From Camelus ferus (Eukaryota): a DNA stretch of 64,000 nucleotides. Below the pieces are notes generated by a model that was given only the letters and a program-made list of their open reading frames with translations, had not been told where the DNA came from and made no database searches. The stretch is taken from assembly GCF_009834535.1 (NCBI RefSeq), contig NC_045696.1, positions 28,336,001 through 28,400,000 of the forward strand, given 5' to 3'. Of this stretch, positions 50,431 to 63,774 are shown in pieces. Position 1 is the stretch's first letter, and every line of letters begins with the position of its first letter. A program made the position numbers and the translations under genes.

Positions 50431-53400
50431 CAAGTCAAAATTCCATTAGCAAAACTTTGGGGACAGTTTTCTTAACACTTGGAATAGTTACAATAAAAAC
50501 AACAGTGTACCAATACACTGGAAGTATCTATTTTTAAGTTTTAATTCAGTAATTAAATCTTTTAATAAATTTTATTCTACTTAGATTCAAAGCAGTGCCC
50601 TAATCTCCCCTACTGTTGGTTACTAAACACTGAATTCCATGTAAAATTCTCAAGTCAATTGCTTCTAAAAACTACTAGTAGTATTTCATTTCTAATTATA
50701 ATAAAATTAAGTAACTTTTCACTACCCATTCAACTGCACTGAACCCAATTAAGTCACATCAGTTCAGTATTCACTAAAAGATAACTATTCAAAAGACATA
50801 GCTAGATGGTCAAACCAGAATCTATTCTGGTAAGGTGGGACTCTAGGTATGTTGACAAGAGAAAATAATCATCTTTCTAGATGGTGTCAGTGCACAGCTG
50901 GACAAATTGTTGTTATTCTAAACATAGCTTTAGAATCTGACAAGTTATGGGTTACATCAGTGAAGGAATTGAATTGATGGATTTTATTGCTCCCTTATTG
51001 AAATTTTTCAGTTACTCAGTCATATAAACAAAAATGTGCCATGTGAGTAAAACATATGAAAGTTGGAGAAATCTTTGCTGTTTATAGTATGCTATTACAT
51101 ATACAGTTTTTTCATAGAAAACTGTCATGTGTCCATAGACCAGGTTTAAAGTGAAGATTTTTAAAGATTTTTATTAATGAATAACATGTAGAAATGGGAG
51201 GAGGCTGAGTATATAAACAGCAGCAAAACACAATGGTTTATTTTAGTAACTGTTAATCTTTAATTTATATTTGTCACTGTGATAATTTTCTCCATAATCT
51301 TGAAAGGAATTTTTTTTTAAAAAAACTCTAAAAATTGTTCTAAATAATATTCTAAAACTTTTTTCTCTTTTAACATAAAAACTCTATGAAAAAAATATTT
51401 GTCAGCTCAATGTTAATTTTAAAGGATGTAAAATGCACTAGAATGTATTTAGAATAAAATAGAAAGCTTTTTTGATTACCTTACCTACATACTGCAATTA
51501 TGGGCATTATTAAGGTTATAGATTCGGGACAAAACACCATGTATACTTCCTAACTTCAGAGATACCAAGCTATCCAAATGAGCACCAAACCCTGACACTT
51601 CCATAACACAAATAAGTCACTTCCCTTAATATATTTTGTGTCTTTATATCAATATTATTCCTCTGAGAATGGAGGAAACAGACTATAAATCAAGCAAATA
51701 ACTTGCATGATAGATTATGAAAAACATTTGATCTTTTGATCTTGAAACCACACAGTCAAAATGCTTTTACTTCCTGGCATGAGTCCCAGTCTCCAAGTGT
51801 CAGTCAAAGGAAATATTTTCGTGATACAGTGTTTGATATTTTACATCCTTTTCTAAATTTCTCTCTCTCTCTCTTTTTTTTTCAACTATTGGATATCTTT
51901 ACAAGTTACTTACAAATAGCAGCAGGATATGTTACCTAAAGGGAAAAAAATTATAAAACTAATTAAAACAGGATTTCCTCAGGACATTTCAGCTGTAAAA
52001 ATAGCTAAGACATTGGTGAGAGAGAGAGAACTAAAATTAAACATGTAACAAAATTGCTCACTGTTAACTGCTAGCTATGCACACAGGTTTATGCTCAGTC
52101 CCTGGACGCAATGTCAATCCACCATATCAGTGAACACCATGAATACTTGATAAACCCACAGCAGCAATACCAGAATCAAAACTGTGTTAATGTTTGCACA
52201 AGCAGAACTGCCCAAGGATTTTAGCTATCCCAAGACTATAACACCAGAAAATAAAACACAAGTTTCCTTTTCCTTTTGACTTCTAAAATTTCCATTAACT
52301 TTTTACACTTGAAATGAAAAATTAAAGATATTTAACTTGCATCAGTTCATTTATTGCTATTTTAAGTATCATTTGTTCATATTGCAATGGATAAAATGAT
52401 AAGGATATGAAATGAATAGTCATATTAGCAACTAAATTTAATAAGTATATCTCTTCAGATATTGGGCAAATTTGTATATTATAAAATTAAAATATGCAAT
52501 ATGTAATCTTCAGTAAGTATAATTTGAGCAAGTCTGCTAGTTCTTTAATGCATAATATTTGATATATTTAAAATATGTATATAGGGAATTATTTTTCCCT
52601 ACATACATATATAATCCATCTTATTTTATTGAGGAATTAAATGAACTTTGCTCACATTGTTGTAACATATTCAAACGAAAACATTTGGAAAAGCATTATT
52701 GAGAAAAATACATTTATAAGTCTCAAATGCTTATAAATTTCAGAGTGATACACACTTGCTAATTTACTGTTAGTTAAAATATGTATTTTTTATGATGTGG
52801 TTTTGTAGAAAGAGAACTTGGGAGACATGAAATCTAATCTCAACTTTCTATCGACGCAATTTAGTAGCAAACTGATTTACCTCTGTAGGTCTCTCTTTCC
52901 TGAGTGGGCAATTTAAAAACTGTATGTCTCCTACATAAATATGCAAATTATTTTTGGTATCAGGAATAGCATAGCAGTCACATCCTAACTTTTGAGTTCA
53001 AGCTACAAGAGTATGTTCTCTGTGAAACTATCTTTGATGACATGTCTTTGGTCGTATTGCTGGAGAATCTTGCATTGTCAGGGGTTATCCTAGAACTACA
53101 GTAATGTTAGAGGCAGAAAGATTTTAGGATAAGGTATGATAAGATAGGTAAGTTATAATTTTTGTGACTCTGCTGAGAAAGCTAAAAGTTATAGGACAAG
53201 AAAAACTCACTACTTAGTAGATAGAGCTTGTGGAATTACTGAGAGATAGAAAATGTTCCTTGCTAGAGAAATTACAGTCGGTGAGGCAGGAGCCAATCAA
53301 TACCTGTTAGGGCGAAGAAATTTTGAGTGCACTTGCCATTCATAGACATCTGGGAAATCAGAAGCAGGTCACAGAGCAGGAAAGGAATACCACATACACT

Positions 53401-53617
53401 AAAATTAAGAGTGGAAGACCGAGGGGATTCTCAGAAATGATTAGTTGATTACACACACAGTCGTGGTGGAAGAAGTGAATTATTCAGCCAGTCAGGAATT
53501 GCTGGGAGCTGAATTAATGGTCATTGAGACCTTGAAAGCATGACCAAATTTTAAACCACTGGCAATTTTTTTTTTAAATCTTTGTTTCTGTTCTTATTCT
53601 CTTACAATAAGAACAGT

Positions 53618-54125
53618 CTGCATCAGTGAAAGTCCTGGCAGGAAATATGAGTCACATTTAACTAAAATTTAATGAGAAGTGTACATGTATATATCTTAAC
53701 AAGCATCCAGGGACTAGCAGCAGCAGGAAGCCACCCATACACTTGAAGAGGCGAGGAGAGAACACTGTGTCACCAGAGCTAGTTGAGAACCAGATCATGA
53801 AATTGGAGTAGCTTCACAGGAGCTTTTGCCCAACTTGAAGGGATCATCCACTGATGGATCAAACAGGGAGGAAATGGGAAGGGCTGAAGCATTAAAGGGA
53901 ATGGGGATGAAATATCCTGAGCTCTGTCCTCAAACCCTCAGACCTTTTCTCTGAGCCTCCCCTTCACCAAATCCAATTGGAAGCTGGAGGGCAAGAGAGC
54001 CTGGGTGATGTAATTTGCAAGAATCTGTCTCTTAGAGGAATAAGGCAGGGCAGAAGTCATAGAGAATAAGAGTATGTGTTGGGGGTAGTGGGAATTTAGA
54101 GGTGGGAATAAAGATCTTCAGTCCA
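53618..54125 (-). mobile_element. LTR33-like ERVL solo LTR
   Basis: GTCCTGGCAGGAAA...CAGGGACTAGCAGCAGCAGGAAGCC...CCAAATCCAATTGGAAGCTGGAGGGCAAGAGAGCCTGGGTGATG matches recalled LTR33 landmarks. Confidence 0.8.
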
Positions 54126-54342
54126 ACTAGAAACATCTTTTGGAACCATTAAGTGGTTGTGTCATTAAACATCTTGATTAATATATAAGAGGAAAGCTTT
54201 ACACTGACTTCCACTTTACTGTATTAATTTAATAATATTTCAACAAGAATGGGATTAAGTATACATTTTACTGTAGGTATAAAATATAAAATGTCATTCT
54301 TGGGAAATTAATATTCTGAGAATTAAATGTATACAACAGCTC

Positions 54343-54426
54343 AATTTAATTCCTGGATATAATATATATTATACATATATTTATACATATACATTCATAT
54401 AATATAAATAACCCAGGAATTAAATT
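54343..54426. repeat. Foldback inverted repeat around a TA-rich spacer
   Basis: AATTTAATTCCTGG (54343-54356) and CCAGGAATTAAATT (54413-54426) are perfect reverse complements. Confidence 0.9.
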
Positions 54427-55209
54427 TATATATATACATATATACATGTTTTTGTTTCTTCAACAGAATCTATTCCCAATGGGAAATCACTTAGAGAAAA
54501 CAGAGTTCATTGAAATTGACACCTAGGGTCAAATGTCTTTGGATCTTTGATAAGGTCAAGTGCGTTATCTAATGTAAGCGTTAACACAGGACTGAAAGAG
54601 CTTTCTAATAGCAGATGAAATAGTTTCAAAGGGTCCCAAAAGGTAGGGACAAGGACTAGTGATTCGGTCTGCTAAAGACTGATGATGTTTGTAAAGCAAA
54701 AGAGATTTATTGACTTATTTATTGATTTGACTTATTGGTTTGGAATGATTTTTTTACCCAAGAAGCATTCATGGATGTGCCACATATACAATCAGAGAAA
54801 ATGCAGCGTTTGCAGCTTGGTTGAGAGTGAAGCTCGGCAGGCAGCTGCGAGTGAAGAGGATTTAACGAAGAAGAATGATTTTTTGCAGTAGAGATATATT
54901 ACACAGCACAGCACTATTCTGAGTCAATAATGATGACTAACTGAGACGAGACAAGAATTAGAGGAGCAAATGATGCCTGGGGAGTGAATACAGCAAGAGA
55001 GAATGAAAAGACACCATGTAATTATAGTTGTTTATTTTCCCCCAACTATGGAGTATTACAGAATAAAAATTGGTGAATGGAGAGGAAGTCACACAAAATA
55101 AGCAAAATCAATAATGAATTTCAGTTTGAACTGATACCCAAATAACGTGAATTTACATTATAGATGAATAAAATAAATTATAAGTAGCATAAAAGATTGA
55201 GGCCCAACT

Positions 55210-55740
55210 GATTATTCAGGTAGAGTTGATTGCAAGAATCCATATGATGTTGAATAAGTGATTCTAGATAATGAATTCATTGGAAAGATATTGTACAGCC
55301 CATAGGATTTCCAGAGATCCAGAGAATCAGGTTTGGAGACCACACAACCAGAAACAATTTACAAATCATTATGTAGCTCTGGCTCACCAAAGACATAACT
55401 GATCTTATCTCTGGAAACCAGATGATAATGTCATGAGACAGAGTCATAGGAACTGCCTCTAGTAACACAGCCACTGCTGACTGGCCTCTGGATTTAGTTG
55501 CAGTCACTCCAGACATCTATCACCACAAAGCTTTTGTTGTGTCCATTCTTCATTAGGTCACTAGCTTCCGTTTCAGAGTCAGTGTATGGCAGAACCTTGG
55601 TCAGGTGTTTGTGCTTCAACTAGGAAGACCTGGGAAAGTAAGCATCTAGTATATTCTGGACGTGCCTCATTAGCTGGGGGCGTCTTCACAGTATGGAGAT
55701 TCAAATGTTGAGTGGGCATAGAATGGCAAATGGCCTTTGG
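55210..55740 (-). mobile_element. Old MLT1 (MLT1M/N-like) LTR
   Basis: GGCAGAACCTTGGTCAGGTG...GACCTGGGAAAGTAAGCATCT motif and GAGAATCAGGTTTGGAG are typical of the oldest MLT1 subfamilies. Confidence 0.65.
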
Positions 55741-55829
55741 AGCAAATAAGCAAATACTAGAACTAAAATACCCTTGGACATGATTATTCTTGATGCAAAA
55801 GGCATTATAAATGAAGACATCACAATTTC

Positions 55830-56190
55830 TGTCATTCTGTTTACACTGCCCAATTCACCCTGGATACTTTCTTCCCTTGGCTTCTATGGAATATGAATTA
55901 TTTCATATTTATGTTTGCCGTCTTACCTCTGTGGTCACAAATTTTTGGCTTTTTTCTCTGCTCACTTTCTAACTGCAAATATCTTCCTAAATCTTAACCT
56001 TTAGCCTCTTCTCCACATTACACAGGCACCTTTGGTCATTCCTTCCATTAAGGAGTTTGTAGAGTCATTAACAGTCTCGTGTAAGTGTGCCAATCCTTCT
56101 TTTAAGCTACTGTTGCATTTCTATAAGCATTGCAGATTAATAATTTTTAAGATAAAATTAATCACATTTCCCGCAAACCTGCTATTCCTG
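55830..56190 (+). mobile_element. L2 fragment
   Basis: ATACTTTCTTCCCTTGGCTTCTATG...TCTTACCTCTGTGGTCAC...TTTCCCGCAAACCTGCT. Confidence 0.65.
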
Positions 56191-58293
56191 CAGACTTTTT
56201 TTTAATCATATATACTTTAAGGTTTGAGAGAAGCCTAGTTGCAGAAAATCTGGTACAAATCCTTATCTTTTGACTCTTTTTAAAATTTTATTTTATCTTT
56301 AATTTTTCAGTCTAGTAAATCTTAATCTCACCCCACAGAGCCAAGAATTCTGTATTTGTGTGATTGTTATGTATGTTAAATCCTCCTTGGGTACGAAACA
56401 TTTATAATACCTGGCAGCAAATACAGAACACTAATAATCAGAGAACAAGAAGTTTGTTAGACCTATTGTCTATCAACAAGGACACAGCACTTTATAATTG
56501 GTATTTATATACATTATATGTAAAATATATATTTTATATTTTAAAATATTAGTATCCATTGTCCTTTTATTCAGTTTTTTTATGAGCCAAGTGGTGAAAT
56601 TAATACTGTCTTTAAAGAATTTGCAGTTATAAAAATTTCAAAGTTTCCAACTGCGAATGTCACATCTGAATTTTTGTTACTGGTCAGCATTTTATGGTAT
56701 TCAATTTATCCTGATTCTAGTAAAATCCTCTAGTGGTCTCCTATTGACACTTCCTCTTCATTATTTGCTTATTCCTTCAAGATACTACACACACACCCCT
56801 ACATACCATGTAGACACTGCTGCCAGTGGACCTTTTTGCTGATCACTACACATTCAGTTGCCTTCTGACTGAAGACCTGAACATAACATCCATATGTATT
56901 CATTCTCCTCTTTACAGTCATAGATATCTGCAGTATTTTCTAGGTTTTTATAGGTTGGACCAGCTAAAGCATAACATTTCAGCTATGACATAAATTTTGT
57001 AAAGGGAGAGCTCTCTAAAATAAGCAAAAGATAGTGACCAAAGCTCAAGTTCAATTAAGATGTTGATCAACTTCTGCTATAATAATTGCACAAACCAATA
57101 AATAAGATAAAAATACTCTATTTCTCAAATCTCCTGGGATTAGTCACTGAACTGCTCTCTCAAAGCCCAGCAGCTACTGAGATGAGCCATTAAAACTTGT
57201 GAGGACGAATAATGTGCTGTTTCATTCCCAATTGTATAATAAATTTTCGAAAGGCAAAGATTCTAAGTGTATTTTCTTGACAATGAATACAAGAAGAATG
57301 TCATTGTTACTAATATTTCAGGACTAAAATTGTCAGCCGTTGATTAATAGTCATGTATAATTTATCAGGCAAAATGATTGCCAACACAGATGCACAAGAA
57401 GAGGTGTTATGAATTAGATCAATTCTGTTAGATTTTTGTGTCGAGAAGCCTGCATTCCTCTAACAGAAACATAGGAGCTCCAGTGGGATTTGAATACTAG
57501 TTATATGTAAAGAAACTCAATCAGCAGAAAAATGATGTAGCGAATATGCTTTTCATATCCTTTTAAAACTTTGTTTCCCTGGGATGAAAAAGAAAATGTT
57601 CTGAGGAGGTTTATTTTTTTTCCTGCAAAAGAAAACACAGTTTTGTGCCTTTAAAATTATGAGCAGAAGCTGGTACCCAAATGATCAGTGGCACTGGAAA
57701 AAAAAAGGTAGAGGAGTTATTTTTTCTCTTTTTTCTTATTAAGAATAAAATTACCTTGAGCATTAATGTAAAAGTTTTTATTAGCTATAAGCATGCATTA
57801 ATCATAGTTTTTAGAATGCAAATGATATAAAAAGACATTATAAACAATATAAAAATGCAAAATAACCATTTTTGCACCACCCAGCCAATTTTCCACCTGC
57901 TCCCAGCCACATCCACTGAAGTGATTTTACACTGTTTCTATTTTATGTCTTTTGTAGTTATTCCAGAATTTCAAATAATGGGCATTCAACTCTTTATCTA
58001 TATAAACTTATCCAAATAGTTGACTCTTTATTATCAAATACTGAATTTAAAGAATATATCTTCTTACTTTAACCCCATCTACTCATCATGACCTTCCTCC
58101 AAATTTTGCTAGTTACATTTTCTTTTAAGCTATTCTATTACTGTGTTTTATGACTTTAGATATAAGTAAACCTCCATTTCTTGACCCAGCAACTTTAAAC
58201 AGAACCTCTAGTGAAGAATGAGCAAAGTAGAATGCAGAATTTCTTACAGCTCCTTCACCATTGACCCACCCACCATGTTTTTTGTGAGTTGAG

Positions 58294-58734
58294 TGTGGTA
58301 GGCAAAAAAAAATATACTCCCCAAAGATATAGTAACATCCTAACCCCTGAAACATGTGAATATTACCTCATATGGAAAAAGTATGAGTATTATCTAATAC
58401 ATCAAAAGATGTAAGATAATCTTGAAAAGTTTCTGCTGGTTTATCCAGGTGGGTCTAAATGCAATTATATGTATCCTTATGAAGGAGAGGCTCAGGGATT
58501 TCAATTACACACGCACACAAACACACACACACACACAAGGCCGTATGAAGATGGAAGCAAAAGACTGGAGTGTGGCAGCCGTAAGCCAAGGAATGCCAAG
58601 AGCCACCAGAAACTAGAGGAGGCAAAGAAGGATTCTTCCTCAGAGCCTTTGGAGGGAGTGTGGCCCTCTCAACACCTTGATTTTAGACTTCTGGCCTCTG
58701 ATACTGTGACAGAATACATATTTGTTGCTTTAAG
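58294..58734 (+). mobile_element. MLT1C/D-like MaLR LTR
   Basis: TGTGGTAGGC...CCCCAAAGAT...TTATCCAGGTGGGTCTAAATG...AAGCCAAGGAATGCC...CACCTTGATTTTAGACTTCTGGCCTC; internal (CA)n; extreme 3' end missing. Confidence 0.9.
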
Positions 58735-58739
58735 TTTTA

Positions 58740-59270
58740 TATATGTCTCTTTAAATCTGAATTTAAGTTACAGGAAAATGGTTATTCATTTGATTTCCTA
58801 TTGAATTCTAGATTCAAAACTGTTTTTGCTAATAATTTAAAGACTATCCTACTAACTCTTAGGATTTAGAATGATGATAAATATTTTGACACATATCATG
58901 GGTGGCCATGAGTTTTTCCTTTTTCATGGCCTAAGTAATTAATGTCCCTTCTTTTTCTTTCATTTCCTATTTCTGGAAGTTCTTAATGATTTTTTTGAGG
59001 GGGGGGGCTTTTATATTTTGAAATATAGGACTGTCTGTCTAGATGAGCATCTTAATTTAATAATAATAATCTTCTCAGGCTTTGTTCATCCTTGAGGAAT
59101 TTTCTTCTATTACTTGGGGGTTTTTTTTAATCCCTTTTTCCTTTCTTTGAAATTCCTACTAGATAGACATAAATGTTCCGGATTAATTTTTAAAGTCTCA
59201 AATTTGTATCCCATTTCTCATGATTCGACAGATTTATTCAATTTAATAATCCATACATTTCATTGTCTGA
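58740..59270 (-). mobile_element. Old L1M-like fragment adjacent to the MLT1 LTR
   Basis: T-rich degenerate sequence with ORF1-antisense character (GAATTCTAGATTCAAAACTGTTTTT...CTTTCTTTGAAATTCCTACTAGATAGA). Confidence 0.45.
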
Positions 59271-59329
59271 ATTAATTGAAGTGGCGAGACCAAATAGAGG
59301 CATGTTGGGCTAAGGCATGAATGGTTAGT

Positions 59330-61690
59330 TCTACATGAACAGGTGCAGTCCACTTAGACCTCACCCTAGGCATGAGCGTGTTCAGCACTGTACGTCAGAT
59401 AGGACTGGGGACCTCAGAAAGTCAGGACATTGAAGCCTAATCAAGAAATACAGAGAAATCCATATGTGTAAACAAAACCAATAGGATCAGTCAAAGCTTG
59501 AAAAACATAAAGCAGCTCCTTTCAAAGTGTGGTCTGTAGTCCACTTAGAGTCTTAATCAGAATGTGCAGGTCTGTTCTACGGTGTTTAGTGGGAAATGAT
59601 GTGAGTCCTATATGTTCATGTTTATGTGCCACACAGTTATTTCCTAATGATTTACTAAATATCTTGGGAAATTTTTGTATTTATCAACCCATGTTAACAG
59701 GCTGTTAGAATTCAGTGATTTTGCCATTCCCCAGAAGCAGGGGATGCCTAGATCCTGTGCCCCTTCCACACCTCCTTTCATGTAAAATGCATCCTCTTCT
59801 CTGAGGTGAGAATGTGTGGAATCCCACGCTGATAGATCAAGTTCTCCCTCAGCCCTTCGAGACTGGTGTCAGCTGAGGCCTGTGAGCAGAAAAAGCTGAC
59901 TTATACCTGAAATACGTGTTTATTCCCGTCAGAATCAACTGCTGGGTGCTTCAGATGGGTTGCTGTCATGGTACTTTGGGGTCTCTGGATATCAGAGTCA
60001 GCTCAGACCAATAATCTTCAAGTGTTTGGCTATTCCCTTTATCCAGTATGTAATTACTCAAGCAAATGATGGTAATTCCATTTGGAGAATAATCGGGATA
60101 ATTGTTCCCATGTGCGTGTAACATCTAGGGTGGTGTCTTTCCTCTTAGGGACTTGACCTCTTCAGTCAGTGGGTTCAGGGTCAAAAACTAGCACAGGTCT
60201 GAAAACTGGGGGAGAAAGTGTGTTTTTTACACTTTCAATCTGTCGGTCATTCACTTTCCCTGGATGCCCAACTGTTTTGCACCTCTGGACATGTTTTCAG
60301 TGAACCACTTCCGTAACATTTCGCTGATCAGGCCTCTAAGACCACCCCACTGACCTCAATAGGATAATTGCATTCACTTGGCTTCTAATAGCTGCCATTT
60401 GGCCTCACTGCTCAAGGGTCCTATCATTTATCTCCACCGCTATCAGAGAGACGAATTCTGTAATCACCTCTCCTATCATTATCTCTGGTGTGCAGAGAAG
60501 AGCCACCACTCAGCCTCTCAGTGATGCTTATGGCGTTGGTGCGTGGCCTGCCTTCCAGGCCACCTGTGGGGCATGATTGTTTGATGGCTTTCCAGACTCA
60601 CATAGCATATGTACTCTAGCCTTCCTACTTCTCTGATCCTTTTCATAGGTTCCTCTCCTTTCTATCATGACGATTCTTGCAGTTCCTCATGCTTCCACAA
60701 TTCCTGGAGGCATTCTGGAGGCAAGTTTACATCAGCTCCTGGAGTTCTTGCCAGAGTGTTAGATCCTGTATCAAGAGAAAGTGCTCCTGAAAAATGTCTC
60801 TTTATTATACTTTATTTCTGAGTTCCTTCCCTTGAGCAAAGCCCTTCGGAAACCAATCCCGTGCCTACTCTCCTTGCTCCTTCTGATTTTTCTGGCTACA
60901 TCTTGGAGCTCCTTTAAGATATAATCCCTATCTTTTTTCATTAGGTGAAGCACATCCCTGGCTGAGGTTTGCTGTTAACTCTGTATATAAGGATAGCAGC
61001 CAGGAGAGAAGTTGGGAGCAGATTCTGAGGAGGACGCTGGTTATCTGCCGGGGAACCTTCTGACTTATTTTCAAGCAAAGGGGATGCTACTTCTTAATGA
61101 GAGGGTTTAGGCCACTTTTGCCAGCTCAGCTCAGGGAATCTGGGGCCTCAAGATTTTCAGGGGCAGCAACACAAATGTCCCCATTCCATGCCAGTGTCAC
61201 ATTCTTTTCCAACCAAGGTTCTGAACTTGACACTGAAGACCTGTGATAGTTGAAAGTTTTGTCTCATTTTGAGCTGGGTGATACTGGTAAACCTAGTCCC
61301 CTGTTTCACAGAAGTAAGTGCTGCTACTGATTTCCTCTGGCTTTCACCCTTGCTTTCAACTGGTCATCAATCTGTCTTGACATTTTGTTTTTCCCAGAGT
61401 GCCAACTGAGCATAATTAGTTCAGTAAGAGTCACATAATTCCCTTACATTTGTAATTACTATTTCTTCTGTTTATCTCAAATACCTCATATACTCTTCTA
61501 TATAATTCATTCCTTTCATCCCAATTCACCACTGGTAAATGGTAACTATTGGTTTGTCATTTATGTCAGGAACTCTCTATGTTCTTGACATAATGATGAG
61601 ACCCAAGATGAGAGCTCCTTACCAGTCAGACTGCAAAAGACTCAGCTCCAGAATCTGAGTACCTGCTCTCCCAGACCACCCCTTGAACTG
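59330..61690 (-). mobile_element. ERVL (LTR16-associated, ERV3-16A3-like) internal region, degraded gag/pro/int
   Basis: Minus-strand translations: PQFSDL (gag C-terminus, ~60200); SELTLISRDPK (protease, cf. GSELTLIPGDPK, ~59975-60007); ILTGINTY (59912-59935) and GLRENLIYQRGIPHILTSEKRMHFT (59781-59855) (integrase, cf. VLTGIDTY and GLTECLIHRHGIPHSIASDQGTHFT). Confidence 0.85.
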
Positions 61691-62114
61691 ATCGTCTCAG
61701 TTGCATTACCTGAGAAGCAGAGACTGAGGTGGAGTTTAACTTCCAGGATGTTGATTAGAGTTTCCCTGGGATTGACACCTATGAAAGGAGGAGAGGGAAG
61801 CAAAATTGGGCCGAAGGAAAAATTAAATTGCATCGAAGTCCCAAGGACAAACTCAAACAATCATCCATGTGCTCTGAAGCAAGAATGAGCTTTTATAGTT
61901 GTTTCTCATTGGGTTGAAATGACCAGGGTTTTAAAAACTCCTGCATTAATCAGACTTTGGGCGTGACTACCATGGGAAAAGGCAAGGCACTTTGGACAAG
62001 GTAGCTCTTGCTTCTAGGGCATTCTCTGAGCAGGCTGACAGCAATTCCAGAAGCTGAGGCAACAAATCCATCCATGAAGGGTGACCTGCACAGCATATCA
62101 CGATGTCTGCCACA
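61691..62114 (-). mobile_element. LTR16-family ERVL LTR (5' LTR of the adjacent internal region)
   Basis: GAGAAGCAGAGACTGAGGTGGAGTTT...GGGATTGACACCTATGAAAGG...ends GATGTCTGCCACA; directly abuts the leader/gag region. Confidence 0.85.
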
Positions 62115-63019
62115 TACTGCCACAGGTCCACCACTCATATCTGCCCAACCCAGAGCCCTAATTCAAAATCCTCCCGCACTGAAATCTCCCCGTCCATGCA
62201 GTAGGAATTCTCCTACCTGTAGTGTATTTGAGTTAGTTCAGAAAGGTCTTGAGTTGGTCTTGGTTTTAAATTGAAACAAGTGTTAGTTTTCCATTACTGG
62301 TTAATTTTAGTAACTGTTTGACATGGACTATTTGATTATCATCACAGTTCATAGTAATACAACTTGCTTTGACTGGTTTTTCTCTTCTTTTTTTTTTTTT
62401 TTTTTTTTGGCTTATACTTTTTCAATACTAAACTTTTTGTAATGTAAGAAATTTGTTTTCTTGTTGTTGTTTTTTTTTCAACTGAGACAAGAAGTTTGGG
62501 ACCACCAACTTTCAAATGAATTCAAGAACCCTCAGAGAAAATACACTGAGGAAGAGAAAATCCTAGGCAAGAGTTTGCTTATGTCCATCCTTCTTTGTAC
62601 TGACTCTTGGGAGTGCTTGTCCGTGGTAAGTGTGAACAAAAGTGTGTGACACTTAAATCTTAGTCGGAGAAAAAGCTAGCTGTTTTTTATTTTGAAAAGA
62701 ATGGGTTTTGTGATCCAAATAGCAGTTAATATAAATATAGGTGTTCACTATAAAAATCTTTCTATTGTATAGAATGCACTGATTAAAATCTGTCAGAATG
62801 GAGGGGAAGTGCCAAAATTCACCACAAAATATACACCACTGTGCACGTGTTTTTCTAAGTCCAGAACTACAAGTTATGGAAACAGTAACTTATTAGATCT
62901 GCTCTATGAATCTGCTTCTTATATAATTCAAAATAGAGAGATATTTAACTATATTTTAGATATTCTATTTTTGAAAACTTAAGAATGACAGTTTTATCCT
63001 TTTGTGTCTCTACTATCCT

Positions 63020-63140
63020 ACGTTAAACAACTATTTGTTAAATGTGAGATGCAGTGCTAGTTTTGAACAGAGATTCCAAAATGACTTCGAAATAGATCTT
63101 AAATTCAAGGAGCTTAAATTTATATGCCAGTTTGAACAAG
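63020..63140 (-). mobile_element. L2 3' fragment
   Basis: AACAACTATTTGTTAAATG...TGCAGTGCTAG...TTCAAGGAGCTTAAA. Confidence 0.6.
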
Positions 63141-63387
63141 ACTGTCTGTAGCATCATTCTCTAGTGCTAAGTAAATTCAAATTATAACACTTTTTCCACC
63201 ATGTTACATACTTGTATGCTCAAGGTTTTGAATGGTCGCCAGGGTGGCTATATTTTATAATAATATTTTCTATAATTAAAAATATTTCAAATAATGATGT
63301 TCAATTAGTATGAAATATTACACGGGTCTTAGGGAAGCGTTTCTTTAATCCATCAATATTCTGAAGAAAATGTACTTACTCAGATGA

Positions 63388-63774
63388 TGTGTTTGTTTCC
63401 TAGGGTTGCTGTAATAAATTACCAAAAGGTGTGTGGATTAAAAGACCAAATATCTGTTCCATGCTCCTCTACTAGCTTCTCGTGGTTTGCCGGCTGTCTT
63501 TGGCATCCTTTGTTTTGTAAATGCATTTCTCCAGTCTGCCTTCATTTTCACATATTTCCCTGCACCTCTTCACGTAGTCTTCCCCTTGTACAGGTCCATC
63601 TCTGGGCCCAAATTAATTTCCCTTTATAAGAACATCTGTCATATTGGCTTAGGATTCACCCTAATAATCATATTTTAATTTGATTACTTTTGTAAAGACC
63701 CTATTTCTAAATAAAGTCAGACTTCGAAGTACTGCAGACATTTCTTTTGGGAGGATGCTGTTCAACTCATCACA
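63388..63774 (-). mobile_element. MLT1B/C-like solo LTR with perfect 5-bp TSD
   Basis: TG...CA termini; TSD GATGA at 63383-63387 and 63775-63779; TTTCCTAGGGTTGCTGTAATAAATTACCA and AAAGACCCTATTTCTAAATAAAGTCA landmarks; apparent internal deletion near 63446. Confidence 0.92.

Noticed and set aside
51485..51662. Minus-strand exon-like unit with good acceptor and AG|GTAAGG donor
   Set aside because: Stops in all three frames; at most a pseudo-exon.
52062..52235. Minus-strand exon-like unit
   Set aside because: Stops in all frames and a weak donor.
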